Part shown: positions 19,538 through 30,108 of the stretch, piece after piece
How positions within the stretch are numbered: position 1 is the first letter of the stretch
How the letters are laid out: every line of letters starts with the position of its first letter
Assembly: GCA_026387175.1 (NCBI GenBank)
Contig: JAPLME010000011.1
Span: 129,856 to 193,855, forward strand
Direction of reading: 5' to 3'
DNA from: Candidatus Omnitrophota bacterium
Lineage (GTDB): Bacteria > Omnitrophota > Gorgyraeia > 2-01-FULL-45-10
DNA: 64,000 nucleotides
Notes under the pieces: generated by a model
Databases searched by the model: none
What the model saw: only the letters and a program-made list of their open reading frames with translations
Told to the model about the DNA's origin: nothing
Made by a program: the position numbers and the translations under genes

Positions 19538-22500
19538 ATGACAAGATCTTCCATATCTATCAGATTAGTATCCATTGTTTTGGCCGCAACCTTTATTACA
19601 GGTCAGGTTTCTGCTGGTCAAATCTCGTCAAATTCTTCCAATAATACGCTTGCTGCCCCAGTTGTATCAGGTGATATAGATCCTGCAAGAAGCGCCGATG
19701 TCAAAAAAGCTGTTGCCGGAACAGCTAAGCCGGGAGCTATCGGAAACGGTATCCCGTTATTGAAATTAGCGGAAGGGGCATTACCGCCTAGAATAGTTTT
19801 TCCGGCACCGGATGGCATGGTGGAACGTACGGCTATTGAGAAAATAATATATAAAAGGATACAGCTGGCCATAGATAGATGCGTTGAAGATAAAGCCCAG
19901 GTCCGCGACATACATCGGAAAAGATTCGAAGGGGCTCTGGATAATTTAATCGATTTGCGGAATAGGCTTTCACAAAGACTCTATTTATATAACGCTGATA
20001 TTATGGGTCCCGAAGATTATTTGCTGGGATTTAATTTTCAGGAGTATTGTGGTTTATCGCTTGATTTTATGGAATGGGTTGAAGAAAAACATTTTCCAGA
20101 TGTAGGCCTCGCCGCGCGTTTAATCGCCCAATATATATTTCATGAATGCGTTCCCGAAAAAGGCATAATAACCGAAAGAGACGACCACAGGGCTGTATAT
20201 AATGAGATTCAGTCTGATATATTTGGGAAGGATGAGGTGTTTGCTCTAAAGAAAGATTTGCGGGAATTTATAAATGAGAAAGTCAGTGAAATGCCTGCAA
20301 TTGGAGCGGGTCAAGCATTAAACAAAATATCCGCGGGTCAAATAAGAATTGGCAGCGCAACCATCGGTATCCTTCAAGGCGATATCACGCAAGTGCCTGC
20401 TGAAGCGGTTGTTCCGGGAATTAATAATATCATGAATGTCGGGATAGGTGTTACCGGCGCAATTAGTAGAGTCATAGGGTATGAGAACGAAGGTGAAGTG
20501 TTCCCATCACCAGAAGCTGTGACAGGAAAGAGCGCCTTTAGAGTAGGGGATGTGTATGCGGCCCCTCTTGGAAATATACAGACTGCAGCCGGATGGAAAT
20601 ATGTTATCAGCGCTATAATCCATAGTGGCCGGCCATGGAGTTATCCGACCGAAGAAAGTATCAGAGCTTCGACTAAGAATGCCCTGATAGAAGCCAGTAA
20701 AAGAAAAGTTCAATCAATAACATTTCCTGCTCTTGGCGCGGGTGCGTTACGAATGGATTTTAATACATCGGCAAGATCGATGTACGCTGGAATCAGGGAA
20801 TTCCTGGCAGAGAACCCGGAAACAAGCTTAAGAGATATTAAGATAGTGCTTTCTGACGCTCCCGCTGTGGCGCCGTTCAGACAGGAACTGATGAAGCTTG
20901 CGGAATCCGCAAAGAATATATCGCCGGAGCAAGCTGAAATTAAATTAAAATCAGCTTCTCTAAAAAACAAGACAATCGAAATAGTAAAAGTGATGGCAAG
21001 AGATGGTAAGGCGGATGTAAGGCCAATTATTGAATTAGCGCGGCAAATATATCCAAATTTTGATTCCCACATATCTGAGAGCCAATGGCCATCTGTTACG
21101 CCGAAAATGTTTACTATTTTGAATTTAGCGCTAAAGTATCAGGTTTATCTGCCCAATAATGAAATATTCGAAATAGCGCGAATTTCTGAAATGCCTGACG
21201 TAGTCAGGGGGAGAATCAAGGGAGGGCTTTGGCGGGAGCAGGGTTATTTAAAGTCAAAATCAAAAATATGGATCGCTGAAAGTTCGCCGACCGAAGAGGG
21301 TTACTCATCTCTCGGATTAGAAGCAGGCTGGTTTGCCATTGTTAACGTCGATTGTTTCAGGGAGGCCGGTAAGGAATGGTACCGGCAGCATTTTAAGCAA
21401 TCGACACTTAGTTCAGGCGGAAGCTATACGAGCCCTTACGAGATGGTAATGATACCGCTCGTGCAAACGGCGCGAATCGAAGAAGATGACTTTGTCGAGG
21501 GTATTTATGTAGAACATGCGCGCCAGGAAGCGATCAGGCGCGCCCAGGACAAGGCATATGCGGCCCAAAGATTAGGGAGGGATAACAGATTCGATCTTGA
21601 TAAAGACGGACAGACAGTTTCGAAAATATTAAAACCGGATTCGCTGTTAAAAGAGAGAGCATTAAATCATTTAGACCAACAAGTTGCGGGCAGTAAGGCG
21701 GCCGCCGAATTAGATTGGCAAGTAAGCTTGCGAACCGTAATAGAATATTCGGCCATGCTCGGCGGGGCTATCGCGGAAATGAAGAAACATATAGCCGATG
21801 GGCAGGAAGAATTGGCATACCTTGCTTTTCTGAATTTTATGGAATATCAATTCTTATACGCGAACCCGAAGCAAATGCCGGGCGACAGTATTTTTAGATT
21901 AACCCGTCTTAAGGCTGCGCTTTTGTTTTTTCGGGATATCGATGAATGGTCGGGAAAAGAATTAAAACATGATTCGATGGATATTTTAAATGAGCTGGGG
22001 ACAAAGTATGGGAAAATGCCGGCTGCTGAGAAGTCCTTGATAATGCTTGAGGAAATTTACGCGAAACATTTTTGGACAGACGATGAACGATATGACCGTT
22101 TGTCTTCCGAACCTTTTGAATTACCGGGTCCTTTCCCAGTTAATTATTCCGAAACAACATCGACAGTGTCATATAACGATGTTAAAGAAAAAGGTGATTT
22201 CGAAATAGATTTTGACGCGATGGAAAGAAAGCTCTTCCCTGTTTTGTCGGAAGAACGTGCAGGAGAAATAGGTGCAATGTTACAACAGCGCTTGCTATTA
22301 AAGACAATGCTTTCGCATCTGCGAACAGAAGACGAAAAAATAGCCGGTGGACAGATGCAATCCAGCAAGATATTCGATATTTATAGAAAGCAATATAACT
22401 TAAGCAAGCGGGGGTATCTTGACGCACTTCGACTCTATAGCGACCTACTGGCCGGAAAGAGCGCAGCAAGTCATCAAGGCGTGGAAGATGAATCGAAGCA

Positions 22501-24094
22501 ACGTTTGGATGCTAGTAAAGCGGCTCTTGCTCAGGCAATTGCGAGGATCGTGTTATTCAATGGCGCCCTTTCCCGGCCCAGATACTGGTATGTGAAAAAA
22601 CAAAATGAAATAATTATTGAAAAAGATGAGGATTCCGTACTTTACGTCACAAATAACAGTAGTATATATTATATATTAAGAGCCGCGAATTTACAGAAGG
22701 GGGATGTTATTCTGGATGCTTTCAGTGGCTCTGGCGGTATCCTTAGCTTCCTGAGTTTGGAAATGGCGCCCAAAACCATTATCGCCGCGGACATAAAATA
22801 TGGAACGCCTGAAGAAGGGGAAAAAACCTACGCGATAAATAAAAACCTTGAAGGAGTAAAACATTTATTTGATTTTTTACCCCAAACATTAAGGCCTATT
22901 TTAAGAGATATTACTATTTTAAAACAGGATTCCGCCTATATGGCATTGCCGGATTCCTCTGTCGATAAAATTATCGCTGATCCCCCCTTCGGGCGTAATG
23001 AAAAAGATGACAAATATCCCGATGAGATAAGAGCTTTTTTGCTTTTTCTTCGAAATTTAAAAGAATTTCACAGAGTTTTAAAAAGTGGCGGTGCCGTATT
23101 CTGTCATATGCCTATGACATGGAAAGAGTCACTGGAAGATTTTGAAAAGATAGATTTGTCACGCGCATCACCAGAGAGTTTATACAGCCAATTTTACACC
23201 CGCCTCGAGAAATATTATAAGGCGAGAGGCTGTCAACTTCCCTCATATGAATATAAGTCCGAAGACTGGAATATGGTAAAAGATATTCTCCAAAAGATTA
23301 TTTTCGATAAAAAAATATTTGAATTGCAAGCTGTGGATATGGAGCAGGGCGCCTTAACAGTGATCAAGCTGTTAAAGCCGCAAAAAGTAAATCCAGCGGT
23401 ATTATCAGCCAAAGAAGGCATAGATGAGAAGCATATAGAAGCTGCCGATAGTTTTGTTCGAATTTCCGAAGATCTGCCTGTCCGCGCCAAAGAGTTTGAA
23501 TTTAATCTTACCAAAATATTAGCCGATCATCCCGATCAGCTCTTTTTCATAGGGATTGAAAACGACATAGGAGAATCACAAAAGGCGCAAATCATGCCGA
23601 TATATCATGCTATCGATGAGATTCGAGACATGAAAGATGCTAGCGAAAAACCCCTCTTTCCTAATCTTATGGTAAAAAGATCAAGCGCAAAAGATCTTAC
23701 GGCTATGGTAAACGATCTTAATAAAGAAGGAAAGCTAAAACTCAATAATGCGTTCATTTGTGCTAAAAAAGCCAGCGTAGAGAATAAATTATACTACCTT
23801 ATAGAAGGAGAAGGCAGGGCATGGATTTCGGCAATAGATGATTTATTAAGAGAAGGTGATTATCTGCCCGTATTCGAAGCTATAACCTTGAATATGATGG
23901 CATATCTTAATGCCGATTTAACTGCCATCAAGAATTTCTATGATGCGATATCAGGTGAGTCAAAAAGCCCAGGCGAATTGCAAGACATGATAAAGAATAG
24001 AATAATCTATATTCTGCCTAAAGCTACCAAACTTGATGCTGGACAGCTTAGGAAACTATACGAACTGGCTAAAAAGGCCTACACGTCAGCGTAA
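19538..24094 (+). CDS. 1518-aa exported multidomain protein (macro domain + SAM methyltransferase + conserved C-terminal region)
   Basis: Signal-like N-terminus; QGDIT...FPALGAG macro fold (~20340-20890); LDAFSGSGG and IIADPPFG methyltransferase motifs (~22650-23120). Confidence 0.8.
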   Translation: MTRSSISIRLVSIVLAATFITGQVSAGQISSNSSNNTLAAPVVSGDIDPARSADVKKAVAGTAKPGAIGNGIPLLKLAEGALPPRIVFPAPDGMVERTAIEKIIYKRIQLAIDRCVEDKAQVRDIHRKRFEGALDNLIDLRNRLSQRLYLYNADIMGPEDYLLGFNFQEYCGLSLDFMEWVEEKHFPDVGLAARLIAQYIFHECVPEKGIITERDDHRAVYNEIQSDIFGKDEVFALKKDLREFINEKVSEMPAIGAGQALNKISAGQIRIGSATIGILQGDITQVPAEAVVPGINNIMNVGIGVTGAISRVIGYENEGEVFPSPEAVTGKSAFRVGDVYAAPLGNIQTAAGWKYVISAIIHSGRPWSYPTEESIRASTKNALIEASKRKVQSITFPALGAGALRMDFNTSARSMYAGIREFLAENPETSLRDIKIVLSDAPAVAPFRQELMKLAESAKNISPEQAEIKLKSASLKNKTIEIVKVMARDGKADVRPIIELARQIYPNFDSHISESQWPSVTPKMFTILNLALKYQVYLPNNEIFEIARISEMPDVVRGRIKGGLWREQGYLKSKSKIWIAESSPTEEGYSSLGLEAGWFAIVNVDCFREAGKEWYRQHFKQSTLSSGGSYTSPYEMVMIPLVQTARIEEDDFVEGIYVEHARQEAIRRAQDKAYAAQRLGRDNRFDLDKDGQTVSKILKPDSLLKERALNHLDQQVAGSKAAAELDWQVSLRTVIEYSAMLGGAIAEMKKHIADGQEELAYLAFLNFMEYQFLYANPKQMPGDSIFRLTRLKAALLFFRDIDEWSGKELKHDSMDILNELGTKYGKMPAAEKSLIMLEEIYAKHFWTDDERYDRLSSEPFELPGPFPVNYSETTSTVSYNDVKEKGDFEIDFDAMERKLFPVLSEERAGEIGAMLQQRLLLKTMLSHLRTEDEKIAGGQMQSSKIFDIYRKQYNLSKRGYLDALRLYSDLLAGKSAASHQGVEDESKQRLDASKAALAQAIARIVLFNGALSRPRYWYVKKQNEIIIEKDEDSVLYVTNNSSIYYILRAANLQKGDVILDAFSGSGGILSFLSLEMAPKTIIAADIKYGTPEEGEKTYAINKNLEGVKHLFDFLPQTLRPILRDITILKQDSAYMALPDSSVDKIIADPPFGRNEKDDKYPDEIRAFLLFLRNLKEFHRVLKSGGAVFCHMPMTWKESLEDFEKIDLSRASPESLYSQFYTRLEKYYKARGCQLPSYEYKSEDWNMVKDILQKIIFDKKIFELQAVDMEQGALTVIKLLKPQKVNPAVLSAKEGIDEKHIEAADSFVRISEDLPVRAKEFEFNLTKILADHPDQLFFIGIENDIGESQKAQIMPIYHAIDEIRDMKDASEKPLFPNLMVKRSSAKDLTAMVNDLNKEGKLKLNNAFICAKKASVENKLYYLIEGEGRAWISAIDDLLREGDYLPVFEAITLNMMAYLNADLTAIKNFYDAISGESKSPGELQDMIKNRIIYILPKATKLDAGQLRKLYELAKKAYTSA

Positions 24095-24097
24095 TTA

Positions 24098-24122
24098 AAA
24101 AATAGGGACAGTCCCTATTTTT
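24098..24122. repeat. REP-like perfect palindrome
   Basis: AAAAATAGGGAC-A-GTCCCTATTTTT immediately after the stop codon. Confidence 0.7.
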
Positions 24123-24192
24123 AACATAATATTGTAAACCACTAGTTATTAAGCGGTTGACAATAGCCCGCCCCTCTGTTATTATGCTAATC

Positions 24193-26019
24193 ATGCTGCG
24201 AATAATCTGCCGCGTTCTTATAATATTCTTCATATCCGTTACAGCATGCGCCGCCGAGGAGACGCAGAAACTGGAAAAGATAGTCGTTACGCCTTCCCGC
24301 CTGGCTACCACTTTAAGCGAAAATTCGAGATCTCTAACGATACTGGACCAGGAGGCCCTTGAGAGTTCGGTTTATGATAACGCCATACCTGATCTAATCG
24401 GAGAGATTGGCGGCATCGATATCAGGCGCAGGGGGCCTGAGAATGTGCAAGCTGATGTTAATATCAGGGGAGCCACGTTCGAGCAGAATATCGTGTTGAT
24501 AGACGGCATAAATGTGAACGACCCGCAGACCGGCCATTTCAGCATGGATATTCCAATTACGATGATGGATGTGGATACGATAGAGATATTGAAGGGCCCC
24601 GCCTCCAGTCTATACGGCGCAAACGCGTTTGGCGGCGCCATAAACGTCATAACCAAAAAACCCACGGATGAAAAAAAAGTAACGGTGTACGCGGAGGGCG
24701 GTTCTAATGACTATTTCAACGGCGGTCTTTCGGTTACGACACCGGTGGGTCCTGTTAAGAACCGCTTTTCTTTTGAACAGAGCCGGTCCACGGGATATAT
24801 GCCGCAGACCCAGTTCGACATATTGTCTCTTACAAACAGCACGCTGGTCGAGACCGGCATAGGAGTGTATAATTTTCTCTTCGGTTATCTGAATAAGGAT
24901 TTCGGAGCCGACAGTTTCTATTCGAATCTCTTTCCTAATGAATACGAGCGCACCGATACCAGGTTCTTCAAGATCGAAGGTAAAACCGAGGCCGGGGCTT
25001 TAAGTATAGAGCCCAAGCTCTTCCTGCGAAGGCACGGGGATAAATTTGTGCTCGACCAGAACCGCACCGGATGGCAGACGAACTACAGCACCACTTATAG
25101 CTACGGCGGAGAATTGAACTTCTCGCTCGAAAACGCGTTCTCTGATGTATCATGGGGTTATGAATTATCGCGCGACACCATAGATTCGACAAACCTCGAG
25201 ACACATAGCCGCACCAAAGACGGATTCTATATGGAGATCGCCCCGCACCTCACAGAAAACCTGCATCTGAATGTCGGATTCAGGGAGGACTATTACGGTG
25301 ATTTTGGGTGGGAGGCCTCGCCGACCATAAGCGCGAATTATAAAATGCTTGAACACGTTACGCTGCGCGGCTCCATAGGCCGAGCGTACCGGATACCCAC
25401 ATTTACCGACCTATATTACAATGACGCGGCCAATAGAGGCAGATCGTCTCTATCCTCAGAGAGCTCCTGGTCGTATGAGACGGGCGCGGAATTTAATTAC
25501 GAGGCATATTCCATCGATGCCGCATATTTCCATAGAGACTCTTTTAACACTATAGACTGGATACGGTTTTCTACGAATGATCCATGGCAGGCAACCAACA
25601 TTGGCACCGCGAAAGCCAATGGCCTGGAGCTCTCTTTCTCTGTGCTTCCGGAGAAGATTTATGAAGGCATTCCGGTTAAAAAAGTGTATGTAACAAATAC
25701 TATGCTCGATATATTCGCGAAACATGATTATCTTTCCAAATACGCGCTCGATTACCTGAAAGAGCATCTCTCGGCCGGCGTGGAGCTGGAAGCATCGGGA
25801 TTTAAGAATTCCTGGATATTGAATTATAAGAAGAGGGTGGGTGTACCGGATTTTATCGTTGTGGACACGAAGATATCGAAAGAGATAGTTCGTAAAGGGA
25901 AAGTATCATTTAACGCCTATATAGAGGTTTCTAATTTATTCGGCGTGGACTATACCGAACAATCCGGTATTCCGATGCCGGGCAGATGGATCAAATCCGG
26001 AGTCTCTCTGGAATTTTGA
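24193..26019 (+). CDS. TonB-dependent receptor (BtuB-like)
   Basis: TonB box EKIVVT, IEILKGPASSLYG.NAFGGAINVIT, terminal F; TTGACA-17-TATTAT at 24157-24185 argues for a later start. Confidence 0.88.
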   Translation: MLRIICRVLIIFFISVTACAAEETQKLEKIVVTPSRLATTLSENSRSLTILDQEALESSVYDNAIPDLIGEIGGIDIRRRGPENVQADVNIRGATFEQNIVLIDGINVNDPQTGHFSMDIPITMMDVDTIEILKGPASSLYGANAFGGAINVITKKPTDEKKVTVYAEGGSNDYFNGGLSVTTPVGPVKNRFSFEQSRSTGYMPQTQFDILSLTNSTLVETGIGVYNFLFGYLNKDFGADSFYSNLFPNEYERTDTRFFKIEGKTEAGALSIEPKLFLRRHGDKFVLDQNRTGWQTNYSTTYSYGGELNFSLENAFSDVSWGYELSRDTIDSTNLETHSRTKDGFYMEIAPHLTENLHLNVGFREDYYGDFGWEASPTISANYKMLEHVTLRGSIGRAYRIPTFTDLYYNDAANRGRSSLSSESSWSYETGAEFNYEAYSIDAAYFHRDSFNTIDWIRFSTNDPWQATNIGTAKANGLELSFSVLPEKIYEGIPVKKVYVTNTMLDIFAKHDYLSKYALDYLKEHLSAGVELEASGFKNSWILNYKKRVGVPDFIVVDTKISKEIVRKGKVSFNAYIEVSNLFGVDYTEQSGIPMPGRWIKSGVSLEF

Positions 26020-26026
26020 ATATTCG

Positions 26027-27163
26027 TTAACCCAGTAGCAGCAGGATGGCTTTGGCGGCGCGCATGCTTGCTCCGCCGGGGCCGAGGGACGACTTCACCG
26101 CGGCGAGCTCTTTACGTGTGCTGGCAAGTCCGGCAGGGTCGGATAGCGCCCCGATGACCTTGTCGGCGATATTTTCCGGCGTCACGCAGTATTGCAGGAG
26201 CTCCGGCGCCACCTCTTTTCCGGCTACTATATTGACGAGGCCGAGAAAATGGATATCGACTACGCTATAGTAGAAGAGAGACGTTATGAAGGCGGTTTTG
26301 TACACGACTATTAAGGGCGTCCCGAGCATTCCCGTCTCAAGCGTAGCTGTGCCTGAGGCTACGACGGCAAAGTCAGCGGCTCCCACGATATTATGCGTGT
26401 CGCCCTCGACGAATCTGTGATCGAACGATGTGCCTTTCAAGGCGGTCTCGTAGATCGAAAGGTCCAGGTGCGGATGTTTCGATATTATAAATTGCACATC
26501 GTCCATTTTGCCGCTCATGAGCCGAGCGGCCCTGGCTATTATCGGCAGCAGGATCTTTATCTCGAGTTCCCTTGAGCCCGGTAATAGGGCGATCGTCTTC
26601 TTATCCTTCGAAAGTGAATATTTTTTGTATACCTCGTCTTTGGATGCTGTGACCTTTACTACGTCCACGAGAGGGTGTCCTACGAATTTCGCGTCGATAC
26701 CGTATTGTTTATACAGATCTTCCTCGAACTTAAAGAAGACCAGCATCTTTTTGACATATTTTTTTATAGCGTAGACCCTCTTCCGGCCCCACGCCCAGAC
26801 CTGAGGACTTATGTAGTAAACCACCGGGATTCCTTTTTCAGCCAGCTCTTTTGCTAACCTGAGATTAAACCCTGGATAGTCGACGAGGATGGCGATGTCA
26901 GGCCGGTCACGGTTGCATCTGGCGATCAATACATCGTGCGCTTTCTTTACGACGAATATGTGTTTTAGCACCTCGATCACGCCGATGAGCGCGAGCTTGG
27001 TTATGTCGAATACTATGTCGACACCGGCCTTCTTCGAAAGCTCTCCTCCGATGCCATAAAATTGCAGTGTGGGATCGAGGGACTTAAGGTCTTTTACGAG
27101 ATTCGAGGCATGGAGGTCCCCGGAAGGTTCGCCGGCGACTATGAGGATCTTTTTATTGGCCAT
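26027..27163 (-). CDS. lpxB: Lipid-A-disaccharide synthase
   Basis: AGEPSGD, DYPGFN, SPQVWAW, VGHPL, LPGSR, SGTATLE; true start MANKK at 27163. Confidence 0.95.
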   Translation of the reverse strand: MANKKILIVAGEPSGDLHASNLVKDLKSLDPTLQFYGIGGELSKKAGVDIVFDITKLALIGVIEVLKHIFVVKKAHDVLIARCNRDRPDIAILVDYPGFNLRLAKELAEKGIPVVYYISPQVWAWGRKRVYAIKKYVKKMLVFFKFEEDLYKQYGIDAKFVGHPLVDVVKVTASKDEVYKKYSLSKDKKTIALLPGSRELEIKILLPIIARAARLMSGKMDDVQFIISKHPHLDLSIYETALKGTSFDHRFVEGDTHNIVGAADFAVVASGTATLETGMLGTPLIVVYKTAFITSLFYYSVVDIHFLGLVNIVAGKEVAPELLQYCVTPENIADKVIGALSDPAGLASTRKELAAVKSSLGPGGASMRAAKAILLLLG

Positions 27164-28086
27164 TATTGTTTGACCGGAGTTATCTTCTTTATTATCTCTA
27201 ACGCTACCGCGAGCGCACGTCTTCCTTCGACGCCCGATACTATGGGCCGTTTTCCGGTATGGACGCGATCGATGAAGGATTTCAACTCTTTCTTGAGGGG
27301 ATTCTTCTTTCTGATCTTTATCTTCTTCTGCACTATCTTCTCGCCGGTCTTCTCGAATAACATCACGTCCTGAGTGACATAGTCGAGGGAGAGGTAGGAC
27401 TCTTCCTGGAATATGCGCATCTTCCGGACCACGTCCTTTGTTACGCGGCTCGCGGTGATATCCGCGATAGTGCCGTCCTGGAACATCAGCCGGACGTTCG
27501 CCACATCCTCGAAATTCGATATCGTGGAAAGCCCGACAGCCTCTATACTTACGACATCCTGCTGTATCAGGCCAAGGACTATATCTATATCGTGTATCAT
27601 GAGGTCCAGCACGACGCCGACGTCTTTTACCCTTGAGTGAAAGGGCCCCAGCCTCTGGCACTCTATGAACTTGGGCCTGTTTATGTACGGCTCTAGCGCG
27701 AGCACTGCGGAGTTAAAACGCTCTATATGTCCCACCTGCAGGATAAGCTTATTCTGTTCGGCTATCTCTATGAGTTCGTCCGCCTCAGAGAGTGTTTTGG
27801 TGATAGGTTTTTCTATCAATACGTGTATGCCGTGCCGCAGGAAATCCTTGGCCACATTATAATGGAGGCTTGTGGGAACGGCTATGCTGGCGGCGTCCAC
27901 TTTATCGAATAATTCCTCATAATCGGAGTAACTGGCGACCTTAAAGCGTTTTCCGACCTCAAGAGCCCGCTCTATATTGCAGTCGCAGACCCCCGCCAGT
28001 TTTACGCTATCCAGACTTGAGTACATCTTGGCATGTATGGAGCCCAGATGCCCGACCCCCACCACACCCACCCTTATCGTCTCCAT
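27163..28086 (-). CDS. Gfo/Idh/MocA oxidoreductase, probable UDP-GlcNAc 3-dehydrogenase (GnnA-like)
   Basis: GVGHLG, IEKPI, VGHIERFN, DLMIHDID; coupled to lpxB; start METIR at 28086. Confidence 0.85.
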   Translation of the reverse strand: METIRVGVVGVGHLGSIHAKMYSSLDSVKLAGVCDCNIERALEVGKRFKVASYSDYEELFDKVDAASIAVPTSLHYNVAKDFLRHGIHVLIEKPITKTLSEADELIEIAEQNKLILQVGHIERFNSAVLALEPYINRPKFIECQRLGPFHSRVKDVGVVLDLMIHDIDIVLGLIQQDVVSIEAVGLSTISNFEDVANVRLMFQDGTIADITASRVTKDVVRKMRIFQEESYLSLDYVTQDVMLFEKTGEKIVQKKIKIRKKNPLKKELKSFIDRVHTGKRPIVSGVEGRRALAVALEIIKKITPVKQ

Positions 28087-28183
28087 AGAAATATAATTAT
28101 AACATGTAGCAAAATACGTATCAAGCGATTTCCCTCGACAAGGCAAAAACGCTGTGATAATATACCGTGAAAATAGATAATAT

Positions 28184-30004
28184 ATGGATAAATACCGCAG
28201 ATTAATAAGATTCGTCTTTCCGCATGCCTGGGTGCTTGCCGCGGCAGGGGTGTGCATGGTGGCCACATCTGCCTTAAGCGGTGTTTCCATAGGCATGATA
28301 ATACCTCTTGTGGATAACGTCATATCGGGCAAGAAGATATCCATACCGGGAGGGGTGCCTATACCCGGGCTCCTGCAAACCCTCATCGATAAAGTGAACT
28401 CGATGAGCGCCTCACAGCTTTTGAGCAGTATGACCATTATTATAGTGATCCTGTGGCTCCTTAAGAGTTTCTTCGAATTTTGCCAGACATACCTGATGAA
28501 CGACGTAGCCCAGCGTGTGATAAGGGACATAAAGAACATCATATATAAAAAGATACTTACCCTTTCTATGGATTTCTACTCCAGGAATTCTACTGGGAAG
28601 CTGATGGCGCGTATCACCAATGATTCGGCCATCGTAAGAGATTCGATCTCGACGGGGCTTACGGACCTGATCTATCAGCCTATACAGCTTGTTATATACA
28701 CCGTGATGCTTCTGGCCATAAAGGTATATTTTTCCATTCCATGGACGTTGATCTGGATAAGCCTTTTGTTATTCGCGCTTGTGATTTACCCCGTAGTTAA
28801 GATCGGGAAGCGCCTTAAGTCTATTTCGAGGCAGTCTCAGGAAAAGATAGCCGACATAACGACCACCCTGCATGAAACCATATCCGGCATCAGGGTCGTC
28901 AAGGCCTTCTCTATGGAGGATTACGAAGCTAAAAAATTCGAGAACCAGAATCAGACTTTCTACAAGCTTTCGATGAAGTCCGTAAAGAGGATGACGGTGG
29001 TGAGCCCCATTACCGAATTCGTCGGGATACTATGCATAGCGATAATCATGTTAATGGCAGGCAAACAGATAGTCTCCGGCGCTCTTTCGGCAGGCGCATT
29101 TGTAACGTTTCTCGCGGCCATGTTATCTTTAATGCGGCCGATGAAGCGCCTGACCAACGTATATACCATAAACCAGCAGGCCATGGCTGCCGCCGACAGG
29201 ATATTCGATGTTCTGGACACTGAACCATCCGTCCAGGAGAAGGCTGGCGCGGTAAAACTGCCCAGGATCAACAAGGGCGTCGAGTTTAAGGATGTCCGTT
29301 TCAAATATGACGATAAAGATGTCCTTAAGGGCATAAGTTTCAATGTCCCTGTGGGCAATGTCGCGGCATTTGTGGGCCCCAGCGGAGTGGGGAAGACCAC
29401 CATATTGAACCTCCTCCCCCGTTTTTACGATGTTACCGGAGGCCGGATCCTGATAGACGGCATAGATGTACGCGATTGCGCGGTTAAATCCCTTATGGGG
29501 CAGATAGGTATAGTGACGCAGGAGACGATATTATTTAATGATACAGTAGCCGCTAACATATCCTATGGCTCAGGAAGCGATAATATAGAAGAGATCACGA
29601 AGGCCGCAAAGATAGCCAATGCGCACAATTTCATAATGAAGATGCCTCAGGGCTACAGCACGGTAGTCGGCGAAAGAGGTTTCAGGCTATCGGGGGGAGA
29701 AAAGCAGAGGCTGGCTATAGCCAGAGCCGTATTTAAAGACCCTCCGATACTTATACTTGATGAGGCCACATCGCAGCTTGATACGGAGAGCGAGATGCTG
29801 GTGCAGGAAGCGATAGACAGGATGATGTCCGGAAGAACGGTATTTGTTGTGGCTCATAGGCTTAGCACAATAAAGCATGCTAGCACTATCTATGTAATGG
29901 ATAGTGGCCGAATCATAGAGTTTGGCGCGCACGATGAATTAATTAAAAAAGGCGGCCTTTACAAGCGGCTTTACGATATGCAGTTTAAGGATAATATAAT
30001 TTAA
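28184..30004 (+). CDS. msbA: Lipid A export ABC transporter (MsbA-like)
   Basis: Fused TMD-NBD, GPSGVGKT, LSGGEKQR, ILDEATS; divergent from lpxB. Confidence 0.85.
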   Translation: MDKYRRLIRFVFPHAWVLAAAGVCMVATSALSGVSIGMIIPLVDNVISGKKISIPGGVPIPGLLQTLIDKVNSMSASQLLSSMTIIIVILWLLKSFFEFCQTYLMNDVAQRVIRDIKNIIYKKILTLSMDFYSRNSTGKLMARITNDSAIVRDSISTGLTDLIYQPIQLVIYTVMLLAIKVYFSIPWTLIWISLLLFALVIYPVVKIGKRLKSISRQSQEKIADITTTLHETISGIRVVKAFSMEDYEAKKFENQNQTFYKLSMKSVKRMTVVSPITEFVGILCIAIIMLMAGKQIVSGALSAGAFVTFLAAMLSLMRPMKRLTNVYTINQQAMAAADRIFDVLDTEPSVQEKAGAVKLPRINKGVEFKDVRFKYDDKDVLKGISFNVPVGNVAAFVGPSGVGKTTILNLLPRFYDVTGGRILIDGIDVRDCAVKSLMGQIGIVTQETILFNDTVAANISYGSGSDNIEEITKAAKIANAHNFIMKMPQGYSTVVGERGFRLSGGEKQRLAIARAVFKDPPILILDEATSQLDTESEMLVQEAIDRMMSGRTVFVVAHRLSTIKHASTIYVMDSGRIIEFGAHDELIKKGGLYKRLYDMQFKDNII

Positions 30005-30012
30005 ATAAATCC

Positions 30013-30041
30013 TTGAAAAAGAGAGGGCAAACCTCTATAAT
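30013..30041 (+). promoter_or_regulatory. Sigma70 promoter of the rpsB operon
   Basis: TTGAAA-17 bp-TATAAT. Confidence 0.65.
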
Positions 30042-30108
30042 ATCCTAGCTTTGAAAATAGGGTAAGATTAGATAAACGTAGAAAAAGGGAGGGTGAATTA
30101 AGACTAAT

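Noticed and set aside
27164-28542. Long N-terminal extensions of the lpxB (544 aa) and oxidoreductase (459 aa) ORFs
   Set aside because: They overlap the neighbouring gene or msbA; family homology begins at MANKK (27163) and METIR (28086).
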